Below, one piece after another: positions 10,962 through 20,977 of a DNA stretch of 64,000 bases (position 1 is the stretch's first letter; every line of letters starts with the position of its first letter). This DNA is from an uncultured Nitrospinota bacterium (lineage in GTDB: Bacteria; Nitrospinota; Nitrospinia; Nitrospinales; JAJDAT01): assembly GCA_964344185.1 (NCBI GenBank), contig CAYFMN010000014.1, positions 1,384 through 65,383 of the forward strand, in the 5' to 3' direction. Below the pieces are notes generated by a model that had not been told where the DNA came from, did not search any database, and worked only from the letters and a program-made list of their open reading frames with translations. A program made the translations under genes and the position numbers.

Positions 10962-13247
10962 ATGTTGATTCCTTCGCGATTCTTCCCAATCATTATTATC
11001 GTATTATCCTTAATCGTCCGAATCGTTTATTACTTCCAATTTCAAAGCAATCCATTTTTTGATTTTGTTCCACCTGCCTGGGATCAGGATATTTTTGATA
11101 AAGGCGGTAAAGAATTTGCGCATGGAAACTTTCTTGCAAAAGATCCAAATCAATCAGACGTTTTCTCGCCATTATATAAATATTTTCTCGGAATAATTTA
11201 TTGGCTATTCGGGGAAACATACAAAGCAGTATGGTCTGTTCAATTTTTATTGGGCACGGGGTCTGCTCTTTTAATTTTTTATACGTCTAACTTTTTTTTT
11301 AGACCAGTCATTGGATTTGTCGCCTCTCTTTTATTTACCTTCTATGGCCCAAATTGGCTCTACGAAGGATCTTTATATCGAGCCGCCTTAACGACCTTTT
11401 TAACAATTTCGTCCTGCTATGGAATACTTTGGGCCTCTCACAAACCCACCATAGTTAGACTAGCTTCAAGCGCTGCGTTACTATCTTTGGTCATGCAATG
11501 TAGATCCAATAATTTATTGTTAGTTCCTGTTGGATTTTTTTTTATTTGGAAGGCTATTGCAAAAAATGAAAATAAAAAAGTTTTAATTAGTTTATTTACA
11601 GCCGTCTTTATTTTATGCTCCCTACCGCTTCTTTATAGAGGATATCTAATACATAATCGTGTGGTTTTTTATGATCAAGGCGGCCCCGAAACCCTTCTCA
11701 TGTCAAATTTGCCAGATTATCCAGGGCGCGGCTACGGTCACTCGCCAGCCTTTGACTCTTTTCTTAAAAATCACCCTTTAACAACTTCATCCGTAGTAAA
11801 GTTTTTGATTCAAAGCGCTTGGGAAAATCCTAAAAGTTTTATCGAACTGTATTTAAGAAAATTATTTTTTCTGTTTAATAACTACGAAGCTCCGACAACT
11901 CTAAATTTTTATCTCTTCCAAGAAATTTCGCCAATTCTGAGCTGGGGATCAGTACCTTTTGCTTTTTTGGGATCATTTGGAATTTTAGGAATAATTTTAT
12001 TAGGAAGGAAAAGTAAAAGCTGGACATTACTACATGCGTATTTTTTTACTCATCTATTAATGTTTTTGCCATTTTATGCAGCTTCAAGATTTCGCCTGCC
12101 AGTCATTCCTTTTCTAGCAATTTTTTCCTCTTACGCTCTATTTTGGATATGGGAAAAATATAAACAAAAACAATGGTCTCTATGCATTCCTAGTTTAACA
12201 TTCGCTTTTATTTTAGCTCTAGCTATGAAAACATATCCCACTTCTGAAGGAAAAATTCGAATTTCAGATTACTCCCACATGGGCTCTGCATATCTCAAAA
12301 ATGCTAGAACTTTTGATCTCAACAAAGTAGAAAAAATTGCAGTAAAACTCTGGAACAAAGAAATTAATACTGATCTAAACCACACAAAGGGATCGCTTCT
12401 TTTAGCCACGGTTTACGATGTATATTCAGCAACTCTTTTAAAAAATAACCAACTTGTTGAAGCGGCTAAAAATGCAAATCTAGCATTTGAAATTAACCCT
12501 TTTCACTCCCTTCCATTCAAAATCTTATCTCTAATTTATGGAAAAACAGGAGATCAATCTAAAGAATTACGCACCTTGGTTATATCTTCTATTTTAGAAA
12601 CTGAAGACCCTAATATATATGCGTTGTTGGCAAAGTTTTATGATAAAACCGATAAAAATCAAGCTATCAAGATACCAATAATTCAACACTGGCTAAAAAT
12701 CGAAACAGATAAGAATAAAGTAGCGGCTTTACAATTGGAATTAGATCGATTATTGACGTTAGCCAAGAAAAAACAGGATCTATTTACGTCACAAAAAAAT
12801 ACGACACGGGATCATTTTTTAAATCATCGTTGGGAAAAAGCTGTTGGGGCTTATATAAATTTAAATCAATGGAATATAACAGATTCCTCACTTTATTTAG
12901 AATTAGGCGTTGCTTTGGGCAAACTACATCGATCAGAACAAGCCATCGATATTCTTTACTCTGGTCTCTTACTTGATCCAAATAATCCTTATATCCACAG
13001 AACACTATCTGATTATTATTTAAAGGTTGAAAACTCGCCCTATATGTCTGCCATTCATCTACGTCATTACTTAAAGAATGCAGAGAAAAAAAAAGGTGAA
13101 TACAAGGAAAAGGAAGCCACTTTCAATCAATTTCGATTCCAATATGGTTCGTTAAAAAGAAAACCTATCTTACCTACCCTTTCTATAAAGCATAACCTCG
13201 AAGCTTTAGAAGAATATAATCGAAATGTTGCGTCTCAAAAAAAATAA
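10962..13247 (+). CDS. large membrane protein, ArnT/PMT-like N-terminal domain fused to C-terminal TPR repeats
   Basis: About 430 aa of polytopic hydrophobic sequence, then a soluble region with TPR-like repeats (for example AIDILYSGLLLDPNNPYIHRTLSDYY). Confidence 0.5.
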   Translation: MLIPSRFFPIIIIVLSLIVRIVYYFQFQSNPFFDFVPPAWDQDIFDKGGKEFAHGNFLAKDPNQSDVFSPLYKYFLGIIYWLFGETYKAVWSVQFLLGTGSALLIFYTSNFFFRPVIGFVASLLFTFYGPNWLYEGSLYRAALTTFLTISSCYGILWASHKPTIVRLASSAALLSLVMQCRSNNLLLVPVGFFFIWKAIAKNENKKVLISLFTAVFILCSLPLLYRGYLIHNRVVFYDQGGPETLLMSNLPDYPGRGYGHSPAFDSFLKNHPLTTSSVVKFLIQSAWENPKSFIELYLRKLFFLFNNYEAPTTLNFYLFQEISPILSWGSVPFAFLGSFGILGIILLGRKSKSWTLLHAYFFTHLLMFLPFYAASRFRLPVIPFLAIFSSYALFWIWEKYKQKQWSLCIPSLTFAFILALAMKTYPTSEGKIRISDYSHMGSAYLKNARTFDLNKVEKIAVKLWNKEINTDLNHTKGSLLLATVYDVYSATLLKNNQLVEAAKNANLAFEINPFHSLPFKILSLIYGKTGDQSKELRTLVISSILETEDPNIYALLAKFYDKTDKNQAIKIPIIQHWLKIETDKNKVAALQLELDRLLTLAKKKQDLFTSQKNTTRDHFLNHRWEKAVGAYINLNQWNITDSSLYLELGVALGKLHRSEQAIDILYSGLLLDPNNPYIHRTLSDYYLKVENSPYMSAIHLRHYLKNAEKKKGEYKEKEATFNQFRFQYGSLKRKPILPTLSIKHNLEALEEYNRNVASQKK

Positions 13248-13314
13248 AAAAATCTTATAGAGTTTTTCTCAATAAGCAATAAAATATAAGGTTTACAACT
13301 TTCAAAACCAGATT

Positions 13315-15468
13315 ATGCAAAAGTTATTTTATTCTAAAAAACTGTTTGTAACGCTTACGTTATTAATTATTGGAATTCCGTTAAAAGCTTTTTCAGGCAA
13401 CCAATTCCCGTACAAAAATTTAGGCGACGGCCAAAAAGCAACTTCGGTAATTTTTACGCTAGTTGACGGAATAGCTGTGGATCCTAAAGGAAACATTTAT
13501 ATTTCCCATCGTTCCCAAAATAGAATTCGAAAAATTGATCAAAATGGAATTGTTTCTACCATTGCAGGTAATGGTCATGCCAAGTTTTCCGGAGATGGAG
13601 GTCCGGCTATCAACGCATCTTTAAACTTTCCAGCCGGCTTGGCTTTTGATTCAATAGGAAACCTTTTTATAGCCGATCGCAATAACCATCGAGTCAGAAA
13701 AATCGACGTAAACGGAATCATCACAACAGTTGCGGGTAACGGCATTCCGGATTATACAGAGGACAATATTAAAGCTACGGAAAGTAGTCTTCATTTTCCT
13801 TCCGACGTGGCAGTCGACAAATCAGGGCAAATTTATATTTCAGACAGATCTAATAACCGTATTAGAAAAGTTGACGCTAAAGGAATAATAACAACCTTTG
13901 CAGGAATGGGCGTCGCAAGTTATGGAGGCGATTTTGGACCCGCCGACGAAGCTTTTTTAAAATTTCCCTTCGGTCTTACTTTCGACAATCAAGGAAACTT
14001 ATTTGTAGCGGATCGGGGAAACAATCGTGTTCGAAAAATTGATCCTGATGGAACAATATATACCGTTGCGGGAACTGGGCTTTTTGCAATTCGAGGCGAT
14101 TATGGACCTGCAAATCAAGCAGATTTGGCCTTTCCAACCGACGTTGCCGCTGATAACAAAGGCAACATTTATATTACCGACCGCAATAATAATCGCATAA
14201 GAAAGGTAGATCCCGATGGAATCATTACTACTTTTATGGGAACTGGTTTAACCCACTATAATGGAGATCAAGGAGTAGCGTCCCAATCTAATCTTCATTT
14301 GCCATTTTCCATAACTATTAGTCACGATCAAAAAAGTTTGCTGATTGTCGACAGGTCCCACTTCCGTATCAGAAAAGTAGACTTTCTTACAGGCAGAGTA
14401 AAAACAATTGCGGGGAATGGGAAATCCTTGATGAAAGGAGACGGCGGCCCAGCCTTAGGAGCAACGCTAGAAGGTCCATCGGGAATCACAATCACTGATC
14501 GCGGAGAAATTATTTTCGCGGATCAAATGCATAATAGATTACGCAGAATAGACAATGAAGGAAATATCCACGCATTTGCAGGAAATGGAAAAAACAGTTC
14601 CAGCTTAATTTCAGGACCGGCTCTTGAAACATCTTTATTAAGACCTAACCTCGTCGCAAAGGGGAATAAAGACGATATCTATTCCGTAGAAAGGAATGGA
14701 AATGGATGGCGTATTGTTCATATTGATTCGAAAGGAATCATAAAACCTTTTGCCGGGAATGCATTGGCAGGCACGGATGGAGACGGAGGAAAGGCTTTAG
14801 AGGCTTCGTTTATCAGTATAAGAGCGATTGCGGTTGGACCTTTGGGAGAACTATATATAGCAGACAGATCTAATCGATTTGTGCGCAAAATCAATAACAA
14901 TGGAATTATTTCAAAAGTAGCGGAAAAAGCTTGGGATAAATTACCTGGAGATATTCATCCGAAAGGACTGACCATTGATTCTGCCGGTAATCTATACGTT
15001 TCAGATTCCGGCGCTGGGAAAATATACAAGGTCAGTTCTGAGGAAAAAGTTGAAGTTATTGCTGGGAATGGTGATTTTAAAGATCATGGAGACAACGGCC
15101 CCGCTCTTTTAGCGGGTATCAGATCTCCAGGAGCTTTAGCTCTATCTCCCGATAATGAATTATACATTTGCGAGCAACAAACACATCGTATTAGAAAAAT
15201 TGATAAAGCGGGTCGTATTATCCCCGTTGCGGGAACAGGAGAAAGCGGTTTTTCTGGAGACGGAGGCCCCGCAATTATCGCTCAATTTCAAAATCCTCGC
15301 GATATAGCATTTGATTCTTTAGGCAATCTATATGTGACTGACCGAGGGAATAACCGAATAAGAAAAATAGATTCTAAGGGCATAATCACGACAATTGCAG
15401 GGATCGGAAATTTTGGTTATTTACAAGACGGCTTGGAAGTAAACCTAATAGTCCACAATTTTCCTTAG
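13315..15468 (+). CDS. secreted NHL-repeat beta-propeller protein (about 12 repeats)
   Basis: N-terminal signal peptide (KLFVTLTLLIIGIPLKAFSG). About 12 repeats of the type GNIYI.DR.NNRIRKID.NGII.T.AG.G...GDGGPA. Confidence 0.85.
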   Translation: MQKLFYSKKLFVTLTLLIIGIPLKAFSGNQFPYKNLGDGQKATSVIFTLVDGIAVDPKGNIYISHRSQNRIRKIDQNGIVSTIAGNGHAKFSGDGGPAINASLNFPAGLAFDSIGNLFIADRNNHRVRKIDVNGIITTVAGNGIPDYTEDNIKATESSLHFPSDVAVDKSGQIYISDRSNNRIRKVDAKGIITTFAGMGVASYGGDFGPADEAFLKFPFGLTFDNQGNLFVADRGNNRVRKIDPDGTIYTVAGTGLFAIRGDYGPANQADLAFPTDVAADNKGNIYITDRNNNRIRKVDPDGIITTFMGTGLTHYNGDQGVASQSNLHLPFSITISHDQKSLLIVDRSHFRIRKVDFLTGRVKTIAGNGKSLMKGDGGPALGATLEGPSGITITDRGEIIFADQMHNRLRRIDNEGNIHAFAGNGKNSSSLISGPALETSLLRPNLVAKGNKDDIYSVERNGNGWRIVHIDSKGIIKPFAGNALAGTDGDGGKALEASFISIRAIAVGPLGELYIADRSNRFVRKINNNGIISKVAEKAWDKLPGDIHPKGLTIDSAGNLYVSDSGAGKIYKVSSEEKVEVIAGNGDFKDHGDNGPALLAGIRSPGALALSPDNELYICEQQTHRIRKIDKAGRIIPVAGTGESGFSGDGGPAIIAQFQNPRDIAFDSLGNLYVTDRGNNRIRKIDSKGIITTIAGIGNFGYLQDGLEVNLIVHNFP

Positions 15469-15485
15469 AAGTTAAAACTTAAAAG

Positions 15486-16493
15486 ATGCAAAAAATCACG
15501 AAAAAAAGTAGTTACTTTATTTTCATTTGTCTTATTACTTTTCCTGCCCTGGCCTACTCATTTGATATTAACCAATTTATATTTAATGGATTATCAAAAA
15601 ACAGAACCTCTTTAGATATGGGAGGAAGCGGCATCCTAAAAGATTCTGGAATAAAATCTTTAGCCCGATCAAAATTAATTCGCAATGTACAAAACCTTAG
15701 GCTGCAAACCCACGAAATCACAAGTATCGGAGCAAATGCTTTAGCCGTTTCTCCCTATCTTAGAAAGCTAAAATCCCTAGACCTATTCCAAAATAATATT
15801 GAACCTGACGGAATCATAGCCCTAGCTTTTTCCGATAATGTAAAAGGCTTAACCTATTTAAATCTGTGGGGTAATAAAGTTAGAGATAAAGGAATCATTA
15901 ACGGTATAGCCAAATCGGAAAAGTTAGTCCGCTTAGAATATTTGGATCTTTCTGGAAACCAAATCGGGCCTAATGGAGCTAAAGCGCTTGCAAACGCTGA
16001 TTTCAAAGCTTTAAAAGTATTACTGCTAGGAGATAATAATATTGGAGACGAAGGATTTGCCGCGATAGCAAAATCTTCTAATCTAACTAATTTAAAAATA
16101 CTAGACGTTTCTAAAAACCAAATAGGGTCTATCGGGTTAAAGCATTGGAAAACTTCCGCCAAAATTAACAGTTTAGTCGAACTGGTTCTAAAACAAAACC
16201 AATTAACGAACGAGGCAATCCAATACTTAACAAACTCAAAAAACTTTTCGAAACTAAAAAAATTAGACCTCCAGTGGAACAAATTTAGTTTTCAGGGAGC
16301 TAAACACCTGTCTCAATCAGCTCACCTTAAAACGTTGAAGATTCTAAAAGTTTGGGGAAACGAAATAGGCGATAAAGGAGTCCAAGCTATAAACGAATCT
16401 CCTTACCTAAAAAATTTGACTAACACTATTTTACCTTTTGATCGTGGAGAAGTTTCAACTGGCCGCGAATTAGAAGGTTTACAAGAAAATTAA
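15486..16493 (+). CDS. secreted leucine-rich repeat protein, ribonuclease-inhibitor (RNI) type
   Basis: Signal peptide (YFIFICLITFPALAYS). Repeats of the form L..LDLS.N.IG..GAKALA. Confidence 0.8.
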   Translation: MQKITKKSSYFIFICLITFPALAYSFDINQFIFNGLSKNRTSLDMGGSGILKDSGIKSLARSKLIRNVQNLRLQTHEITSIGANALAVSPYLRKLKSLDLFQNNIEPDGIIALAFSDNVKGLTYLNLWGNKVRDKGIINGIAKSEKLVRLEYLDLSGNQIGPNGAKALANADFKALKVLLLGDNNIGDEGFAAIAKSSNLTNLKILDVSKNQIGSIGLKHWKTSAKINSLVELVLKQNQLTNEAIQYLTNSKNFSKLKKLDLQWNKFSFQGAKHLSQSAHLKTLKILKVWGNEIGDKGVQAINESPYLKNLTNTILPFDRGEVSTGRELEGLQEN

Positions 16494-17582
16494 ATGAACG
16501 ATCAAAAATCTAGAAAAAGCTCGTTTCGATCAAAATCCTGGATTTGGATTTTAATTTGCTGTTTTTTTTCTTTGGGCGCTTCCGCTCCGATGTCTGTTGA
16601 AAAACTAGAAAAATACGTAAAGAAAAAAATCAGAAGAAATAAACACGCGTTGAGGATTAAATCAAAATTAATTGGAGTAGAGGGGGCAAAGTTTTTGGCG
16701 CAATCTACCTTACTTAAAGACATCAAAACTCTAGTTTTATATGGGACTGGCATTAGAGACGAGGGAGTTTCTGAATTGGCCAAATCTAAAGAGTTAGCGG
16801 GACTACAAACTCTGGAATTAGGCAACAACAATATTTCAGACATTGGAGTCGATATGATTTCAAAATCTCCTATTTTCTCGGAGTTAAAATCACTTAGTTT
16901 ATATAGAAATGAAATAGGCGATATAGGAGCTGCATCTTTGGCAAACTCAGATGTCTTATCAGCGCTTGAGGAAATAAATTTAAGCTATAACAATGTTGGC
17001 GACGATGGAGCTACTCGATTAACTTCTTCAAAAAAGCTAAACAATTTGCTGGAGTTATATCTTTCATACAACCCCGTTGGGGCAAGCGGTAAAAAAGCGT
17101 TATTAAAATTTGAACATAAAGTTAAGTTTTCAGATATGCAAAAAAAAGGAATCCTGAGCAACCTGGAAAGCCATTATATTGGGGATGCAGGCATTGAAGC
17201 TCTTTTGGAAACTCCATTTGCTTCCAATTTAATGGAATTGAATTTATCCCATAACGATCTTACAGACGCCGCTATCATTCAAATCGCAAATTCTCCACAG
17301 TTTTCTCAATTAAGATCTTTAAAATTATCAAATAATAAAATCGGGGACACTGGAGTCAAAGCATTGGTTGAATCTCAAACTCTAAAAAATCTAGAAATTC
17401 TCGACCTAAATTACAACTTCATTGGGGACAAAGGCGCTAAAGCGATTGCAAACTCTCCAAACTCGGCCAAGCTAAAAACTTTGACTTTAGAAGAAAATGA
17501 AATCAGCGCAACTGGAGCCGAGAATTTATCAAATACCCCATATTTGCAAAATCTTACAGAACCCATCTTTGGGTTTCATTAA
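16494..17582 (+). CDS. secreted leucine-rich repeat protein, RNI type (tandem paralog)
   Basis: Starts immediately after the TAA of the upstream LRR gene, in the same frame, but has its own signal peptide (WIWILICCFFSLGASAP). Repeats of the form L.L..N.IGD.GA.ALA.S. Confidence 0.8.
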   Translation: MNDQKSRKSSFRSKSWIWILICCFFSLGASAPMSVEKLEKYVKKKIRRNKHALRIKSKLIGVEGAKFLAQSTLLKDIKTLVLYGTGIRDEGVSELAKSKELAGLQTLELGNNNISDIGVDMISKSPIFSELKSLSLYRNEIGDIGAASLANSDVLSALEEINLSYNNVGDDGATRLTSSKKLNNLLELYLSYNPVGASGKKALLKFEHKVKFSDMQKKGILSNLESHYIGDAGIEALLETPFASNLMELNLSHNDLTDAAIIQIANSPQFSQLRSLKLSNNKIGDTGVKALVESQTLKNLEILDLNYNFIGDKGAKAIANSPNSAKLKTLTLEENEISATGAENLSNTPYLQNLTEPIFGFH

Positions 17583-17665
17583 TTTTTATAAGACTCTAAA
17601 AATAAACTGTTTGGGGTTTCAAATAATTTCGGGATATCATGTAAAAAAACATACTAAATTGACTA

Positions 17666-19117
17666 ATGAAATTGCTTTTCCAAATTACCTCAGTTATTTT
17701 GATTATTTTTTTGGGATGCGCCAACCCTAATTTGGAAAAGAACGCACCCTCCTTACCTAAATCAACAAAATCAAATATCCAAAGTCCTTTGGCAAATCGT
17801 GGAATCGTTCCTGTTCCAATCATTGACTCAGAAGGAAACACAGTTGGGTTATACAACGAGAGTCACGCTTTATTAATTGGCGTAAGCGACTATAAGGGGT
17901 TATGGCCTTCTTTACCTGGGGTTGTCTCGGACATAGAATCAGTCAAAGAAGCGCTTGAAGTATTAGGATTCGCGGTTGAAATTATTATGAATCCAACACG
18001 CGGAGAACTTAACAAAGCCTTTGAAAGCTTCATTGATCGATACGGTCTTGCAGAGGGAAATAGACTATTGTTTTATTTTGCAGGACATGGCCACACAATA
18101 GTTCCTCAATATGGCGGAAGAGAGATGGGTTTTATAATCCCCAAGGGGACGCCAAACCCAAACGTAGACAAAAGGGGCTTTCTACGTAAAGCCATGAGCA
18201 TGCAAAACGTTGAGGTATACGCTCGCGCCATTCAATCCAAACACGCTTTATTCATCTTTGATAGCTGCTTTGCTGGATCTATTTTCGCCACTAGCCGCAG
18301 CGTTCCACAAATTATTAAAGAAAAAACCGGCAAACCTGTCCGGCAATTTATTGCGGCTGGCCGCGCCAATCAATCGGTTCCAGACGAAAGTATATTTCGG
18401 CGACAGTTTGTGCGCGCTTTTAATGGAGATGGAGACTTAAACCGCGACGGTTATATTACCGGTTCCGAGCTTGGCCAATTTTTAGAAAATGTCGTCGCTA
18501 ATTATTCTAAAGGAAGTCAGGTTCCTCAATATGGCAAACTAAGAGACGCTGTTTTAGATCAAGGAGATTTCGTTTTTCCAATATCTATATCCGACCGCGT
18601 AACCCAGTTAACTAAACGACTGAAAATCAAAAAACAAAACCTTACGGAAAAACAAAAGGAAGAGTTAAAAAAACAGGAAAAACTGCTTCAGGAATTAGCT
18701 TTATTAAAACGCGAACTTCAAGAAGAAATTGAGTCTGTAAAACAAAGCCGTGAAAAAACCGAACGGATAAACCAACTCACACGACTTGAGATTAGAAAAA
18801 AGTTACAAGATCCTATAAAATATAGTTTGAAACTTCCTGAGAATAAAGCTGTTAAAGTATTAAAGGTGGAAGAAACTAAATGCGGCGCTCATAAATGCTT
18901 AAACGTAAGATTAATGTGTAAAATAGAATCGGGGTCAGGCTGGTTTATTAAGGGTAGACCCGGCGTTCGCCTTACGTTTTACGATGAAGATGGAATTCCT
19001 AAAGATTCTTATTTAGAATCAAAACCTTGTTTTCGAAAAGGCGATATTCTAAAACTTTCTATGGACTTATTATCAGCGACTCCAGATTACACTTGGGATT
19101 TATTTATTGAAAACTAA
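17666..19117 (+). CDS. caspase-family (peptidase C14) protein, probable lipoprotein, with coiled-coil and unknown C-terminal domain
   Basis: Signal or lipobox-like N-terminus (ILIIFLGC). The C14 catalytic dyad contexts YFAGHGH and FDSCFAGS are intact. A K/E-rich coiled coil spans about aa 310-380. Confidence 0.85.
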   Translation: MKLLFQITSVILIIFLGCANPNLEKNAPSLPKSTKSNIQSPLANRGIVPVPIIDSEGNTVGLYNESHALLIGVSDYKGLWPSLPGVVSDIESVKEALEVLGFAVEIIMNPTRGELNKAFESFIDRYGLAEGNRLLFYFAGHGHTIVPQYGGREMGFIIPKGTPNPNVDKRGFLRKAMSMQNVEVYARAIQSKHALFIFDSCFAGSIFATSRSVPQIIKEKTGKPVRQFIAAGRANQSVPDESIFRRQFVRAFNGDGDLNRDGYITGSELGQFLENVVANYSKGSQVPQYGKLRDAVLDQGDFVFPISISDRVTQLTKRLKIKKQNLTEKQKEELKKQEKLLQELALLKRELQEEIESVKQSREKTERINQLTRLEIRKKLQDPIKYSLKLPENKAVKVLKVEETKCGAHKCLNVRLMCKIESGSGWFIKGRPGVRLTFYDEDGIPKDSYLESKPCFRKGDILKLSMDLLSATPDYTWDLFIEN

Positions 19118-19129
19118 TCTTCTTTAATC

Positions 19130-19696
19130 ATGACAAAAGAATCAGAAACGACATCAGAAACAGATCCCAGAGAAAAAACTTCGCGAATTGTTAAGCGCAT
19201 CAAAAAAATTCGAGAAAAGAAAGGCGCTGCAGGAGTCGCTAAAGAACCATTAGTCATTTTGGTAATATTCGAAATCCGAGGGGCTTATTTCGCATTAAAA
19301 GGATTGGACGTCTCCGAAATTATTCCTATCAAAAAAATTAATCCGGTTCCTACCGCTCCTAAACACATACTTGGGTTAGTCAACATTCGAGGAGAAATTG
19401 AATCTGTTTTGGAAATTGGAAATTTCTTAGGACTACCTGCCGAAGAAAGAGACCCTAAAAATCGAATTATGATTTTGGAAAAAGAAGATATTCGCGCCGG
19501 AATACTTGCCAGCTCCGTATTAGACGTGGTTGATATTAAAAAAAGCCAAATAAGAGAAGCTGGATCAACCCTTTATCACGATTTTAAAGACTGGGTAGCC
19601 GGTGAATTAGATTATGATAACCATACGGTAACTCTTCTAAACTCTTTAAACGTTCTGCGTAAAACATTACCTAATCAGAAAAATATAAACTTGTGA
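19130..19696 (+). CDS. cheW: CheW-like coupling protein (orphan, with basic N-terminal extension)
   Basis: CheW domain pattern: LVIFEIRGAYFALKGLDVSEI...ILGLVNIRGEIESVLEI. Starts 13 nt after the caspase gene. Confidence 0.8.
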   Translation: MTKESETTSETDPREKTSRIVKRIKKIREKKGAAGVAKEPLVILVIFEIRGAYFALKGLDVSEIIPIKKINPVPTAPKHILGLVNIRGEIESVLEIGNFLGLPAEERDPKNRIMILEKEDIRAGILASSVLDVVDIKKSQIREAGSTLYHDFKDWVAGELDYDNHTVTLLNSLNVLRKTLPNQKNINL

Positions 19697-19705
19697 AAGC
19701 ATTAG

Positions 19706-20977
19706 TCACTTAAAACGATTGACCCACAATCTTCCCAATCCTCTTTTGGAATCCACTCCAAATATATCCAAGTGACCATCGCCATCGGCGTCTCCAAATG
19801 TCATTTCGTCGAATGTTGCGTTACTAGGAAGTCTCCTCAAAGTTTCATCTGAAAATTTCCAACCTCCATGACCGATTAAAAGATGAACGCCCTTTTCACT
19901 TAATATAATAATATCTGGGATATCGTTACCATCCGCATCTAATAAATAAACGCGAGTTGATGGATATCGAGGCAAAAGTTTTAAAGATCGCTTGGTAAAG
20001 CGCCCTTTACCATCGTTTTCTAGAAAAAAGTTATACTCTCCTGGAAACCTTGAAAATCGTTTTGCTATTCCCATACTTGCAACTAATAAATCATTATCTC
20101 CATCTTGATCAAAGTCCGCCCAATCTGCAAAAACATAACGTCCTGGAATATCTGGAAGAGAGTACGAGGAAACATCTTTGAACTTGCCCGAACCATTGTT
20201 TATCCACAACGTATTTCTACCATTTGGATTTAGAAAAAAAATATCAAAAACCTGATCGCCATCATAATCGGCAATAGAAACTCCAGAAATGCTATGAGTT
20301 ATTTTAGGAAATAGAAGTGAAGTTCTATCGACGAAACCCCTTTTTCCATTATTAACAATAAACTGGGCAGAATTAGGAGTCTTAGCTCCTTCGTTATTTT
20401 TTCGGGTAAATAGCATATCTAAATCCCCATCATAATCTAAATCGACCAGCATCCCCCGATCCATAGAGGGATTAATTTTCGGAAAGATCTTTTTAGGAGG
20501 ACGATAAAAATATCCTTTTTTATTATTATAAAATATCAGAGCGCGGTTCCCATTTCCCGTATTACCCATTAAAAGCAAATCGTCGGCTCGGTCTCTAGTT
20601 AAATCGCCTGGGGATATATCAAAATCTTTAACCTTTAGCGGCTTACTAAGACCTGTTCGAGTAATTCGCTGAAATCTTCCAGTATTTAAAAAAAAGTGAA
20701 GGTTAAAACTTCCTTGATTTGACTTCGTTAGAGCAAGCCAATCGATTCGTTTATCAGGGTTGGCAAAGAAAAAAAGCGCTTTTTTAATACCAGTCGGTAA
20801 ATCAGGAAAGTATTTTTCCGTTTGATCCATATAACGTTGGGAGTTTGGATCTGGGGCAAGTATCTTTTCTGTAGAAGAACAACTCTCTAAAAAAAGAATT
20901 AAAAAAATAAAAAACGAAAATTTAAGTAAACAAGGAATTCGTGATGGGCTTACCCACTTCAATTTCCAATCCTTCAT
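19706..20977 (-). CDS. FG-GAP/VCBS-repeat protein, probably secreted or lipoprotein
   Basis: Repeated Ca-binding-like DxDxDGxxD motifs (DLDYDGDLDMLF, ADYDGDQVFDIF, DFDQDGDNDLLV, DADGDGHLDIF). The track ORF starts at 21073, but the hydrophobic leader follows Met33, so ATG 20977 is my preferred start. That start overlaps the 3' end of the MBL gene by 56 nt. Confidence 0.75.
   Translation of the reverse strand: MKDWKLKWVSPSRIPCLLKFSFFIFLILFLESCSSTEKILAPDPNSQRYMDQTEKYFPDLPTGIKKALFFFANPDKRIDWLALTKSNQGSFNLHFFLNTGRFQRITRTGLSKPLKVKDFDISPGDLTRDRADDLLLMGNTGNGNRALIFYNNKKGYFYRPPKKIFPKINPSMDRGMLVDLDYDGDLDMLFTRKNNEGAKTPNSAQFIVNNGKRGFVDRTSLLFPKITHSISGVSIADYDGDQVFDIFFLNPNGRNTLWINNGSGKFKDVSSYSLPDIPGRYVFADWADFDQDGDNDLLVASMGIAKRFSRFPGEYNFFLENDGKGRFTKRSLKLLPRYPSTRVYLLDADGNDIPDIIILSEKGVHLLIGHGGWKFSDETLRRLPSNATFDEMTFGDADGDGHLDIFGVDSKRGLGRLWVNRFK

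Noticed and set aside
15854-16282. 142-aa antisense ORF inside the LRR gene, and similar antisense or alternative-frame ORFs in the track (for example 94..444, 2636..2908, 8793..9082, 26129..26416, 29530..29844, 35866..36159, 43306..43599, 53467..53781, 58957..59262, 59635..59922, 62028..62291)
   Set aside because: Each is fully embedded in a longer ORF with clear family motifs on the opposite strand or in another frame. Stop-poor antisense frames in repeat-encoding genes are the expected cause.
15486-17582. The two LRR ORFs as a single gene interrupted by a stop, since they share a frame and are separated by one TAA
   Set aside because: The second ORF begins with its own Met, a basic n-region and a hydrophobic signal peptide. 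Two tandem secreted paralogs is the better reading.
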